Assembly (NCBI GenBank): GCA_038087875.1
Contig: CM075991.1
Span: forward strand, 8,930,001-8,994,000
DNA: 64,000 nucleotides
Source of the DNA: Malacoraja senta
Taxonomy: Eukaryota
Reading direction: 5' to 3'
The notes under the pieces were generated by a model. The model saw nothing but the letters and a program-made list of their open reading frames with translations. It made no database searches and was not told the origin of the DNA. Each line of letters starts with the position of its first letter. Position 1 is the first letter of the stretch. The position numbers and the translations under genes were made by a program. Positions 36,364 through 48,593 of this stretch are shown here, piece after piece.

Positions 36364-37122
36364 TTAGTTTGCAAGAGTGCCCACAAGAGTTTCTGCACGC
36401 CTGTTGCTTTAATTCTCCATCTTATTCCCAGTCATTCTTTGGTGTCTTACACTGTTCCAACAAAGCTCAGTGCAAGTTGTAGGAACAGCGTCTCATTTTA
36501 TATCTGGTCGCACGTGAATTCTCAGAACTCAATATTGAATTCAGCAATTTCAGGTAATTCTGGATCTGAATCTCACATTCTCAGACTTCAGTGAGTAGGA
36601 AGGAACTGCAGATGCTTGTTTAAGCCGAAGATAGACTCAAAACGCTAGAAAGCAATTAGAAAGACAAATAGTACATTACCCTTCATTGTAAGATGATTTA
36701 AGTACAGGAGTAAAGACATCTTACTGAAATTATAAGAGGATGGAAACAAAATGCTGGAGTAACTCAGCGGGACAGGCCGCGGGTCACCCAAGGGATGGGT
36801 GACGTTTCGGGTCGAGACAGTCTGAAGAAGGATCTCAAACCGAAACGTCACCCATTCCTTCTCCTCAGACTTTAGTTATTTTTTCTCTCCCATTGTCAAA
36901 TATTTCAGATTTTATGGTGGGATAACACAGCATGGCCATTCAGTTTCTGAGAATTTAGGACCATCGAACCTGATGCATATATTTGATTCCCAACATTGGA
37001 GGTGGCAAATTAATCTACAAGTCAGTAAAGAAGTCTGGATTTTAAAAAAAAAATCACCCCCTTAAAAGTGCACAAATAGCTGTCTGTGTGGAGTTTGTAT
37101 GCGCGTGGGTTTTCTCCGGGTG

Positions 37123-37530
37123 CAGACACAAAAGGCATGAGTAACTCAGCGGGTCAGGCAGCATCTCTGGAGAGAAGGAATAGGTGATGTTTCGGGTCAA
37201 GACCCTTCTTGAGACTGAGAGTCAGGGGGAGAGGGGAACGAGAGATATCGGCAGCACTTAGGAGACTTAAAGCAACGATCAAGGAGGTGTAGGGCACACA
37301 ATGGTCTATTGTTGGTTGTGGAACAGGTGATAAAGTGTAAACAGACAAGAGGAACTAAACAGAACAACAGTAAAGCTAGTACGATGACTAGGGTGGGGGA
37401 GGGATGGAGAGAGGGGGGATGCGTGGGTTACTTAAAGTTAGAGAAATCATATTCATACCTTTACATTGTAAGTTGCCCAAGCAAAATATGAGATGCAATT
37501 ACACCAACTTATGTTTGTCCTCACCCTGCC
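37123..37530 (-). mobile_element. Penelope 3' end (degenerate GIY-YIG end and terminal repeat)
   Basis: HLIFCLGNLQ remnant at about 37460-37500 and the terminal repeat at 37123-37215. Confidence 0.7.
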
Positions 37531-38007
37531 AAAGCTCCGGTTTCCTCCCACACTCCAAAGACGTACAGGGTTGTAGGTTAATTGGCTTTGGTAAAATTGT
37601 AAATGGTCCCTAGTGTGTATAGGATAGTGCTAATGTACAGATCGTGAGGTTAATTAAAGTATGTGTATTATCAACCAAAGTAGTTACAGTGCACCTGGCT
37701 GTCCAAGTCTCACTGGCATTCATCTACACTCACAGTCTGCCCCAGATTATTTCACCTATCATTAAAAGATTCAAAGCCATTTGGCCTGTGTGGTTCATGT
37801 GTTTGCTCACAGGACAATCTCATTAACCACATTTCCCTGCCATCTATTCTCTCTCACACGTCCAATTCCTACCGCCCAGCCACACTGAGGAGCAACTTCA
37901 TAGGTTCGTATGTCAGAGGAGCAGAATTAGGCCATTCAGCCCATCGAGTCTACTCTGCCATTCAAGCATGACTGATCTATCTTTCCCACTCAACCCCATT
38001 CTCCTCC

Positions 38008-38952
38008 CAAGTCAAGTCAAGTGAGTTTATTGTCATGTGTCCCTGGTAGGACAATGAAATTCTTGCTTTGCTTGAGCACAACAGAACATAGTAGGCATTT
38101 ACTACAAGGCATTCTATAAATATATACACAATGGTCAATATACTGATAACGTGCAAATAACAGTATTGGCTAGTAAAGTTCAGTGTTATGTCCGAGCCAG
38201 GTTTAATAGCCTGATGGCTGTGGGGAAGTAGCTATTCCTGAACCCGGTCGTTGCAGTCTTCAGGCTCCTGTACCTTCTACCTGAAGGTAGTAGGGAGATG
38301 AGTATGTGGCCAGGATGGTGTGGGTCCTTGATGATGCTGCCAGCCTTTTTGAGGCAGCGACTGTGGTAGATCCCCTCGATGGAAGGGAGGTCAGAGCCGA
38401 TGATGGACTGGGCAGTGTTTACTACTTTTTGTAGTCTTTTCCTCTCCAGGGCACTCAAGTTGCCGAACCAAGCCACGATGCAACCGGTCAGCATGCTCTC
38501 TACTGTGCACCTGTAGAAGTTAGAGAGAGTCCTCCTTGACAAACCGACTCTCCGTAATCTTCTCAGGAAGTAGAGGCGCTGATGTGCTTTCTTAATAATG
38601 GCATCATTGTTCTCGGACCAGGAAAGATCTTCAGAGATGTGCACGCCCAGGAATTTGAAGCTCTTGACCCTTTCAACCATCGACCCGTTGATATAAACGG
38701 GACTGTGGGTCCCCATCCTACTCCTTCCAAAGTCCACAATCAGTTCCTTGGTTTTGCTGGTGTTGAGGGCCAGGTTGTTGTGCTGGCACCATATGGACAG
38801 TTGCTCGATCTCTCTTCTATACTCTGACTCATCCCCATCAGTGATACTTCCCACAACAGTGGTGTCATCAGCGAACTTGATGATGGAGTTCGCACTATGT
38901 CCGGCTACGCAGTCCTGAGTATAGAGTGAGTACAGCAGGGGGCTGAGCACGC
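38008..38952 (-). mobile_element. Rex/Babar-clade LINE, 5'-truncated, open RT C-terminus, (TTGAC)n tail
   Basis: ORF 38186..39004 CVLSPLLYSLYT...IIKFADDTTVVG...LNTSKTKELIVDF...KKAHQRLYFLRRL...LLPSGRRYRS. Inserted in a CR1 3' fragment. Confidence 0.93.
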
Positions 38953-39325
38953 AGTCTGAGTCTGAGGCTGTGACTTCCTTGCCCCCAATAACCTTTGACA
39001 CCATTGTTAATCAAGAATGTGTCAACATCCACTTGAAAAAATACACAATGGCTTGGCCTCTACAGCAATGAATGCCACAGATTCACTCTAAAGATGCGTG
39101 CTTTTTTCTGAGGCTGTGACCTCTTAGCCTAGACTCTCCCACTAGCGGAAACATCCTCTCCACATCCACTCTAGCCTGGCATTTCACTATTTGGTGAGTT
39201 TCAATGAGTGTCCCCCCCCCCCCTTCCTTCTAAACTCCCGTGAGTACAGGCTAAGAGCTGTCAATGCTCATCATACATTAACCCAAACATTCCCGGGAAC
39301 ATTCTCGTAAACCTCTACTGGACTC

Positions 39326-39525
39326 NNNNNNNNNNNNNNNNNNNNNNNNNNNNNNNNNNNNNNNNNNNNNNNNNNNNNNNNNNNNNNNNNNNNNNNNNNN
39401 NNNNNNNNNNNNNNNNNNNNNNNNNNNNNNNNNNNNNNNNNNNNNNNNNNNNNNNNNNNNNNNNNNNNNNNNNNNNNNNNNNNNNNNNNNNNNNNNNNNN
39501 NNNNNNNNNNNNNNNNNNNNNNNNN
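39326..39525. other. Assembly gap (200 N)
   Basis: Run of N characters. Confidence 1.
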
Positions 39526-39649
39526 TGGAAGGAATATGGGTGGGGGATGGAAAGAATCAGTGTTAGTCTAGGATGGGCACATGGGGGGGGGGGGACAGGG
39601 GGGAAGTGTGTGAGGGAGAGAGGGGAGAAGGGGGGGGGGGTTGCTAGAG

Positions 39650-39900
39650 GTTACTTATAAATGGAGAATTCGCTGTTCTTGGCATTGGGTTGTAAGCTAC
39701 CCAAGTGCAATACAAGGTGTTGTTCGTCCAGTTTGCTTGTGGCCTCACTCTGGTAATGGGGGAGGCCCAGAAGAGAGGGGTCAGTATGGGAATGGGAAGG
39801 GGAGTTAAACTGGCTAGCAACTGGTAGGCCTCGGCAGACAAAGCGCAAGTTTCTGGCGAAATGGTCGCCGAGTGTACGCTTGGTCTCGCCACATCTACAG
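39650..39900 (-). mobile_element. Penelope GIY-YIG fragment
   Basis: GETKRTLGDHFARNL...PVASQFNSPSHS...KLDEQHLVLHLGSLQPN. Confidence 0.85.
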
Positions 39901-40406
39901 AAGTTATTTAGGTTCATTGGCCTCTGTAAATTGCCCCTGTTGTGCAGGGAGTGAATGAGAAAGTGGGATAACATGGAACCAGTGTGAAGGGTGGTCAAAG
40001 GTCGGCATGGTCTTGGTGGACCGAAGGGTCTGTTTCCGGGCTGTATCTATATAAAACATCGGGAACACCAGCTGCAGTAGTTGAGGTTAGATGAGGTGAA
40101 CGTGAATTTCTATTCGGTGGTAGGTGATGTGTGATGGGTGGATGCAGGTATGGTGGGGGATACGATTGCCAGGATGGATGAAGATTGTGACAAAGACGAG
40201 AAGCGAAAAGAAGACAAAAATCTGTCAGATGAGAAAATAAAAAGTGGAGTGAAATATCAATCTAGAGGGAGTGATATGGGTGGATGGGGATAGGAGACAG
40301 AAAGGAGGGTATAAACATGGATGAGAGGGGATAAAACACACAAACTGGAGGAACAGCACTTTATATTCTGCTTGGGTAACTTACAGCCAAACGGTGTGAA
40401 CATTAA

Positions 40407-40763
40407 AGGGCCTGTCCCACTGTACGAGGTAATTCAAGAGTTCTCCCGAGTTTTCCCCTGATTCGAACTCGGAGAATGTCCGTAGAGGGTCCGTAGGAGT
40501 TCGTGGATGTCTCGTAGCGGCTCGTACGAGTAAAAAGTAACCATTTTTTTCATCACGAGTATTTTTTTACTCGTGGACATTTTTCACGGTGTTGAAAAAA
40601 CGTCACGAGTTTACCGGATTTCCCGAGTACCTACCGTTACTCGTACGAGCCGCTACGAGACATCCACGAACTCCTACGGACCCGCTACGGACATTCGCCG
40701 AATTCGAATCAGGGGAAAACTCGGGAGAACTCTTGAATTACCTCGTACAGTGGGACAGGGGAT
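40407..40763. mobile_element. PIF/Harbinger-type MITE, largely palindromic
   Basis: AGGGCCTGTCCCACTGTACGAGGTAATTCAAGAG TIR, TAA at 40404-40406 and 40764-40766. Confidence 0.92.
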
Positions 40764-41258
40764 TAAGTGTAGGGAGCAACTGCAGTTTAGTTTAGTTTAC
40801 GGATACAGCGTGGAAACAGGCCCCTTCAGCCTACCGAGTCCGAACCCGACCAGCGATCCCCGCACATTAACACTATCCTACACACACTAGGGACAATGTA
40901 CGCTTATACCAAGCCAATTAACCTACAAACCTGTACGTCTTTGTGTTCATTCTGGCCAAATTGGAGAGGCCAGGACACTAAAATTGAGTAAAGGCTGCTG
41001 GCCATTTGGTCAATTTAAATGTGCCTTCTGCAGAAATGGGACAAGCTGCAGAATGGTGCCAGTTTGTCTAGAGCCTAGATCAGAGCTGCAGGAAGAGAAT
41101 GGGAACATCTGCAGACCCTGACAATTAGGTGCAAATTGCATGGAATGGATTGGAAGAATGCAAACCAGACATACACATTGCATATAATGTTGCAAAGCTT
41201 TACTTTGCTAGATGTTGATTGGATTAAGTATTGAGCCTTGTCTGGGTTTCAAGGCACA

Positions 41259-41679
41259 TGTTACGATGTTTGTTTCCTCTTCAGGAGTTCCGTTTGAATA
41301 CATTGTATTAGTCACTGTATTATTGGGTTAGGGAAATGTCTATCATATACTGTGTTAATCGATATCTGTTATAGGACTGTAAAGAGACCACCCCCATGTG
41401 GTTCGGCCCCTCAAAGTTCGGGGACAGATAAAAGACCGCACCCACGAGGACCTGAGTCGATCTTCTGGGAGAACGCTTGGGACTGCATGACCTTCTGGAG
41501 TGTCTCTGCTTGAGCGAGGCTAAGAGGGCTTGATCAGGCAGATACGAGGATCGAACCCGCGGTGGTTAGCTATAGTAGCGGAACTGTAATTGTGTTTTGT
41601 CAAAGTAAAGTTCAGGTGCGCAAGTGCTCGACTCAGTGATTTTTGTCTGAAATTAGACAGGGGGGGGAAGCTTAGAACG
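41259..41679 (+). mobile_element. Possible solo LTR
   Basis: Starts TGTTACG, has TATA-like GATAAAAG (~41427) and AGTAAA (~41604), and ends AGAACG. No clear TSD. Confidence 0.35.
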
Positions 41680-41899
41680 AGCTATTTACATTTGGAGTGT
41701 GGGAGGACACCGAAGATCTTGGAGAAAACCCACGCAGGTCATGGGGAGAACATACAACCTCCGTACAGACAGCACCCGTAGTCAGGATGGAACCCAGGGC
41801 TCTGGCGCTGCAAGGCGGTAGCTCTAAGGCTTTGCCACTGTGCCGCCCCAAATTGAAATGGAAAGCGGGTAGGAGAGCGTGACTCCTGCTGGTGATAAG

Positions 41900-42145
41900 A
41901 AGTCTACAGCACCTGGTATTCCCAGGTGGAAACCCATCCAAGTAGCAATCCAGCCTGAGCCTGCTTAGCTTCCGAGATGGTGTCAGCGGTTATGGGGAGA
42001 AGGCAGGAGAATGGGTTTAGGAGGGAGAGATAGATCAGCCATGATTGTTTGGCGGAGTCGACTTGATGGGCCGAATGACCTAATTCTACTCCTATCACTT
42101 ATGACCTGATCAGACGAGATGGGGCGTTTGTTGTCCAGTATGCAC
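41900..42145 (-). pseudogene. 5S rRNA pseudogene interrupted by a LINE 3' tail
   Basis: AAGTCTACAGCACCTGGTATTCCCAGG...CCATCCAAGTA...CCTGCTTAGCTTCCGAGAT / CAGACGAGATGGGGCG is the reverse complement of vertebrate 5S rRNA. Insert at 41979-42107 with GAT duplicated. Confidence 0.9.
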
Positions 42146-42547
42146 TCTGCACTCTTTCCAGCATAACGATCGGTATCACACCTGCAAATGCTTCACAGTG
42201 TTTTTATTGGATCGAACGTGCCAGCTGAACCCTTAAGTTGTCCCCTTTGCCGAAGGATTTGAATCATTAAAGATCCTTGCAGACTTTGACTTCCCACACA
42301 TTGCAACACGCTCTCTGCATGACTGCACACATTAAAAGAGCAAACCCTGCCACTGCAGATATCCTCCCGGGGATCTCTCAGTCCGAACTTGCAAAAGGCA
42401 GTGCTGGGTCGCCTAAAGGTAATCTGAGCTGTCGCAGTGAGAAACCTGTTTTATTTACATCTGCCTCAAGCCACAGAAACAATGTGTCATCTATTGTAAA
42501 AGTACTGGGTAAAGAAACAGAGAACCGCATGTCGATGTAGTGGTCAC

Positions 42548-42938
42548 CAAAGATCCTACAGCGGAGCAAGATAGACCACTCCTGCTAAATCAATGGGCTG
42601 ACGTGTAGTTCTCAACGGAGGGGAACGTGGGCCTTTTTTTCATCCATTTCCGTAACCCGACCCGACCCGACTCGCAGTGTAATCAACGTTGCGGGGGAAC
42701 AGTTTGTGTTAATAAATTAAAATTCTGAAAATGAGGAGATTTTTACCAAATAACTTTTATTTTTACGAGGATGTTTCCGTAACCGGCTTCCGTCTCCGCA
42801 CTAGTATCCTATGGGATCTTTGGTGCTGAGACGGAAGCCGGTTACGGAAATGGGGCCTAAAATTACCCATGAATCTGCCCATGACCGTACTACGTCTTTT
42901 TTGTCGAGTGGACCATCTTGCTCGCTATAGGATCTTTG
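42548..42938. mobile_element. MITE with CAAAGATCCTA TIRs and 8-bp TSD (hAT-like)
   Basis: TIR CAAAGATCCTACAGCGGAGCAAGATAGACCACTC and its reverse complement. Flanks GTGGTCAC (42540-42547) and GTGCTCAC (42939-42946). Confidence 0.8.
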
Positions 42939-43135
42939 GTGCTCACAACACTTGGTATGGTCCTGCACCAGTTGAGTTTACTTCAGGGGCCTCCAAACAT
43001 TTCAGCATGAGGGCCATATTATATATTTGGCACATGTTTGCCGTCCGTACACACACATTCACACAAACTCACACTCAGTTGAGTTTAGTTCATTGTCACG
43101 TGTACAAACGCATGTCTGCACACTAGAGTATAGGA

Positions 43136-43499
43136 CAGGGGTGGGGAACCTGCGGCCTTAAGGCTGCATGCGGCCTTCTAGGCCATTAAGTTTGGCCTTT
43201 TGAACGAATCCAAATTTTGTGGAACAAATCATTTTATTTTTATTAATATGTTTTTGTTCGTCTTTTATTATTTTATTTTAATCTTAAAATGAACGTATTT
43301 AAAATACCAAAGAGTAAAAGAAGATTCAACGAAATAATCCTCCCCGACTGACGGCCACAATTAAAACATTAGTAAGTCACGAGGGCTATTTTAACAAAAT
43401 AATGTACATTTTGAAGTATATCTGATTGAAGTATGTTGGATGCGGCCTTATTAGATTACAGCTAACTTAATGCGGCATTCCAACATGAAAAGGTTCCTG
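43136..43499. mobile_element. hAT (Charlie-like) MITE
   Basis: Starts CAGGGGTGGGGAACC and ends AGGTTCCTG, with TGCGGCC subterminal repeats. TSD GTATAGGA at 43128-43135 and 43500-43507. Confidence 0.88.
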
Positions 43500-43892
43500 G
43501 TATAGGAGGATGAGAGATGATCTTAAGAGGTGTATAAAATCATTGGAGGAATAGATCGGGTAGATGCACAGAGTCTCTTGCCCAGAGTAGGTGATTCGAG
43601 GACCAGAGGACATGGGTTTAAATTCAAGGGAAAAATATTTAATATGAACCTGAGGGGTAATTTTGTCCCTCAAAGGGTGGTGGATGTATTGAACAAGCTG
43701 TCAGAGAAGGTGGTTGAGGCTGGGACTATTCCAACCTTTAAGAAACAGTTAGACAGGTACATGGATAGGACAGGTTTGGAGGGATATGGACCAAACGCAG
43801 GCAGGTGGGACTAGTGCAGCTGGGACATGTTGGCCGATGTGGGCAAGTTGGGATGAAGGGCTTGTTTCCACGCTGTTTCACTCTATGACTCT
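43500..43892 (+). mobile_element. CR1 3' fragment
   Basis: ORF 43530..43814 YKIIGGIDRVDAQSLLPRVG...GLEGYGPNAGRWD. Confidence 0.9.
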
Positions 43893-44384
43893 ACCAAGGT
43901 AGAGTGAAAAGCTTTAGTTGTGTGCTAACCAGGCAGCGGAAAGACAATACATGATTACAATCGAGCGTTCACAGTGTACAGATAGATACATGATAAAGGG
44001 AATAATGTGAATAAAGTTTAGTGCATGTGAATAAAGCTAGTAAAGTCCAATTAAAGCTAGTCTGAGGGTAGGCATATGTCAGACGCCTACGCTGGAGCTC
44101 CATAGATTGTGACAATTTGTAAATTAAAACGGGATAAGGGCACAGGCTTTGGTGGCGAATATTGACGGTAAAAATACCAACGTCATTACATTGCAAACCT
44201 GACAGCAGCTATGTGAATGTGCAAGTTGGCGTCAATAATTCCGTGCCATTTAAAATCTAAGACATAACATGTTCTCCAGAGATGCTGCTTGGCATTGTAA
44301 ACCAGCATATCTGCACCTCTTTGTCTCTACATCCAATGCCTCTCCACAGGACTTCTCCGGTTTGTAACAACCTGCAAATGAGTC

Positions 44385-44688
44385 AAGGGCAATCAAGGTA
44401 GAGTTGCCGCCTTACAGCGCCAGGGACCCTGGTTCGATCCTGTCTGCAGGTGTTGTCTGTACGGAGTTTGTACCTTCTCCCTGTGACCTGCGTGGGTTTT
44501 CTCCAGGATCTCCGGTTTCCTCCCAAACACTAAAGACGTACAGGTTTGTAGGTTAATTGGCTTGGTATAAATTGAAATTTCCCCTAGTGTGCGTAGGATA
44601 GTGCGCGGGGATCGCTGGTCAGCGCAGACTCGGTGGGCCGAAGGGAGTTTCCACCCTGTGTTTCTTAACTGAACTAAACTGAACTGAA
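44385..44688 (+). mobile_element. V-SINE (HE1-like)
   Basis: Head, core and tail recognisable. Confidence 0.85.
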
Positions 44689-45095
44689 CAAGCGTGCATT
44701 CCGGGGACTTGCATAGTAACTTCAGTATAATGTTTTGAGTAACTTTGGTTTCAGTAAGAAATTCGGGGGATGGGGGGGGGGGGGGGGGATGGGGGGGGAT
44801 GGGGGGAGGGGTTGCACTGGTATTGGGATTATTACATTATTGAATGTACATTTTCTGTTATATTATCTATATGTATTGTGTCGCCAAATCTCGCCTTTAC
44901 AATCTCAAAAAACTTCAGAACTTCCTGACCGATTGAGTTCCTCCATTGGTTTATGTCCTACTGAAGATTCCAGTGAGGAGAGGACATTTCCACTGGGTGA
45001 GAGAGTCCAGGACCAGAGGCCGTAGCCTCAGAATAAAAGGATGTACCTTTAGAAAGGAAATGAGGAGGAATTTCTTTTGTCAGAGGGCGATGAAT

Positions 45096-45845
45096 CATAT
45101 AACCATATAACCATATAACAATTACAGCACGGAAACAGGCCATCTCAACCCTTCTAGTCCGTGCCGAACACGTATTCTCCCCTAGTCCCATATACCTGCG
45201 CTCAGACCATAACCCTCCATTCCTTTCCCGTCCATATAACTATCCAATTTATTTTTAAATGATAAAAACGAACCTGCCTCCACCACCTTCACTGGAAGCT
45301 CATTCCACACAGCCACCACTCTCTGAGTAAAGAAGTTCCCCCTCATGTTACCCCTAAACTTTTGTCCCTTAATTCTCAAGTCATGTCCCCTTGTTTGAAT
45401 CTTCCCTACTCTCAGTGGGAAAAGCTTATCCACGTCAACTCTGTCTATCCCTCTCATCATTTTAAAGACCTCTATCAAGTCCCCCCTTAACCTTCTGCGC
45501 TCCAAAGAATAAAGCCCTAACTTGTTCAACCTTTCTCTGTAACTTAGTTGCTGAAACCCAGGCAACATTCTAGTAAATCTCCTCTGTACTCTCTCTATTT
45601 TGTTGACATCCTTCCTATAATTAGGCGACCAAAATTGTACACCATACTCCAGAATTGGCCTCACCAATGCCTTATACAATTTTAACATTACATCCCAACT
45701 TCTATACTCAATGCTCTGATTTATAAAAGCCAGCACACCAAAAGCTTTCTTTACCACCCTATCTACATGAGATTCCACTTTCAGGGAACTGTGCACAGTT
45801 ATTCCAAGATCCCTCTGTTCACCTGCATTCTTCAATTCCCTACCT
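45096..45845 (-). mobile_element. CR1 LINE, distinct subfamily with (TGGTTATA)n tail, open RT C-terminus
   Basis: ORF 45182..45889 QRDLGITVHSSLK...LYKALVRPILEYGVQFWSPNY...NFFTQRVVAVWNELP. Inserted into another CR1 fragment. Confidence 0.93.
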
Positions 45846-46644
45846 AATCTGTGGAATTCCTTGCCACAGACGGCTGTGGAGGTCGGCATTGGGTATTTTA
45901 AGGGGAAGATTGACAGATTTTCTTGAGAATAAAAGATAGATCAGCCATGACTGAATGGTGGAACAGACTAAATGGGCCGAATGGCCTAATTCTGTACCTA
46001 TGACTTATGAGCTTATAAAATTATGAAGTGTTCAACACTCAGGCTAGCCTCAGTTTTTAAGGTTAATGGAAAATAAAGGGCTTGAAGTGTTTACAAGTTG
46101 ATGTTTTCACCTGAGGGTCCACCTTTATCATAAACCACCAAACGTTGCTACAGAAAACGGCTTCTTCCCTCCACGAGCTTCGATCTACTGTGCATGCCAG
46201 AGGCACTGCAAGAACAGAGCGGATAAACAAAGCTCTGAACTCAAAGACAGCAGTACAAAGAAACATGGGAGAATTACATAAAAATCTGGAGTAACTCAGT
46301 GGGTCCGGCAGCATCTCTGGAGAAAAGGAATAGGTGACGATTTGAGTTGGGACCCTTGTTCAGACCCAAAAGGTCACCTATTCCTTTACACCAGAGATGC
46401 TGCCTGTCCCGCTGAGTTTTTGTGTCTATCTTCGGTTTAAACCAGCATCTGCAGTTCCTTCCTACAGTATTACATGCAGGCCCGGGCAACCATGAAAGGT
46501 AGGATTTCAAAGTAATCTTGCACAATTTGACCATGTTGTTAGCGTGTATATGTTAATGGCTATTTTCCGCTTTGGTACAGTGAAAACCGTTGTTTTGCAT
46601 GCTATCCAATCGGATATACTTAAATGCAATCAAGTCAAACGCAA

Positions 46645-47165
46645 GATGGCACAGCAGTAAAGTTGCTGCCTTATAGCTCCGGGTTCGATCCCGACTACAG
46701 GTGCTGTTTGTACGGAGTTTGTACGTTCTCCCCGTGACCTGCGTAGGTTTTTTCTGGGTGTTCCAGTTTCCCCCCAAAGACGTACAGGTTTGTACATTAA
46801 TCGGCTCGGTATAAATGTAAATTGTCCCTAGTGTGTGCAGGACAGTGTTAGTGTGTGTGGGGACGGACTTGGTGGGCCAATACTATACAGATACTATTCG
46901 GTGGGCTATATCACTCTCCCCTGAAATGTCGAGCCCCTTCATCCGTACTCTAGTTCTATCCTAGACACTAGGGAAAATTTACAGAAACCAATTAACCTAC
47001 AAACCTGTACGTCTTTGGAGTGTGGGAGGAAACAGTAGCACCCGGAGAAAACCCACGCGGTCACAGGGAGAACGTGCTAATTCTTTACAGACAGCAGTTG
47101 TGGTCAGGATGGAACCCGGTTCTCGGGCGCTGCAAGGCAGCAACTCTACCGCTGTGGCACCCTGG
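46645..47165. mobile_element. Two V-SINEs in inverted orientation
   Basis: Plus copy at about 46645-46880 and minus copy at about 46940-47165. Confidence 0.85.
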
Positions 47166-47991
47166 GTTGTGGCATAGCAAGGGTTAAAGAAACTTGTAAG
47201 CTCCCACCGCCTTGCCGAACTCACAATGAGTTATGCTGACCTTACATGTTCCCACCTCCTATGTTGGTGTTGGTGTTACTGTACGTAGCAGTTCCAAAAC
47301 AGATTGTTAATTCAGTTCAATCAGAAGAGCCAGTGTTCAGACATACGACCCTCCTGTGCACTAGGAACTGGCTGGAGACTGGCACATTTTTCCCAGCACG
47401 CTGACAGGGAGGGTTTCAACTCATTACCAACTTCCACCTCTCCAGTTCCACTGGCAAAGGCAACTTAACAACATCCTGACAGAAGTGCAGAGCAAGCCAA
47501 TTTTTACCATTTAATTGGACCCCAGAAATCAATTTCCGTGTGTTAATTGGAATGAACAATTCCGGCTCTAGGAAGAGGAAAATAAATTAAAACACATCAT
47601 CATGCCATGGTGAGAGGTGAGTGGCATTTGTGCATTGGCTTTGTCAACCTAGATATAAAACCACAACATCCATCAGCAACCTCCACATCACGGTGAATCT
47701 GTGGAATTCTTTGCCACAGAAGGCTGTTGAGGCCTAGTCAGTGGATATTTCTAAGGCATAGATAGATAGATTTTTGATTAGTTTCTGGTGTCAGAGGTTA
47801 TGGGGAGAAGGCAGGAGAATGGGGTTAAGACGGAGAGATAGATCAGCCATGGTTGAATGGTGGAGTAGACTAGATGGGCTAAATGGTCTAATAATTCTAA
47901 TCCTATCGCTTACGACCATACGACCTAACCTGGTGATAATTTCAAACTACGAACTGTCTATGTTCCACAGAGGTCTTTGGGGTAGAATGGT

Positions 47992-48122
47992 TCTTCTTCT
48001 TCTTTCGTGTGGCGTGCACAGCTTAAAGTTGTTGGACATCTTGTTCTATTTGATCTTCCGTTTGTGCACGTCGAGTTGATTGCATTAGTCGAAACAGGGT
48101 GAAGGTTGCAATCTTCCACCCC
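47992..48122 (-). mobile_element. Second copy of the short HDV-like-ribozyme retroelement
   Basis: GGGGTGG-AA-GATTGCA-ACC-TTCAC[deletion]CCT-GTTTCGA-CTAA-TGCAATC, (AAG)n tail. Diverged TSD GGGTAGAATGGT / AGCTACAATGGT. Confidence 0.78.
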
Positions 48123-48593
48123 AGCTACAATGGTGTAAGAAGGAACTGGAGAAGCTGGTTTACATTGAAGATAGACACAGGAGAATGGGTTTGAGAGGGG
48201 AAGATAGATCAGCTATGATTGAATGACGGAGTGGATTTGATGGGCTGAATGGCCTAATTCTGCTCTGAGAACTAATGAATATGAACATTTAGTACTCGGA
48301 CGTACTCAGCCATTCAGTAAGATCATGGCTGATCTGATTTTGGCCTCAACTCAGTTACCAACAACCTTCAAAGATCGATCTCAGCTTTCGATACATTCAA
48401 TAGCTCAGTCCTTCGAAATCTCTTCTTGGAGTGAAGTTAATCTTGTAACGGTGGAACGGTGGCATCCAATGAGCATAACAGCGATCTCCCAGATAATGAC
48501 CCAATCAATGGGACCATTTGAGAGACAAAATGGTGCCTTGAGACTCAATGGGACAAGTGGAGCATAGGTTTAATATCTAAAAGGTAGCAATAG

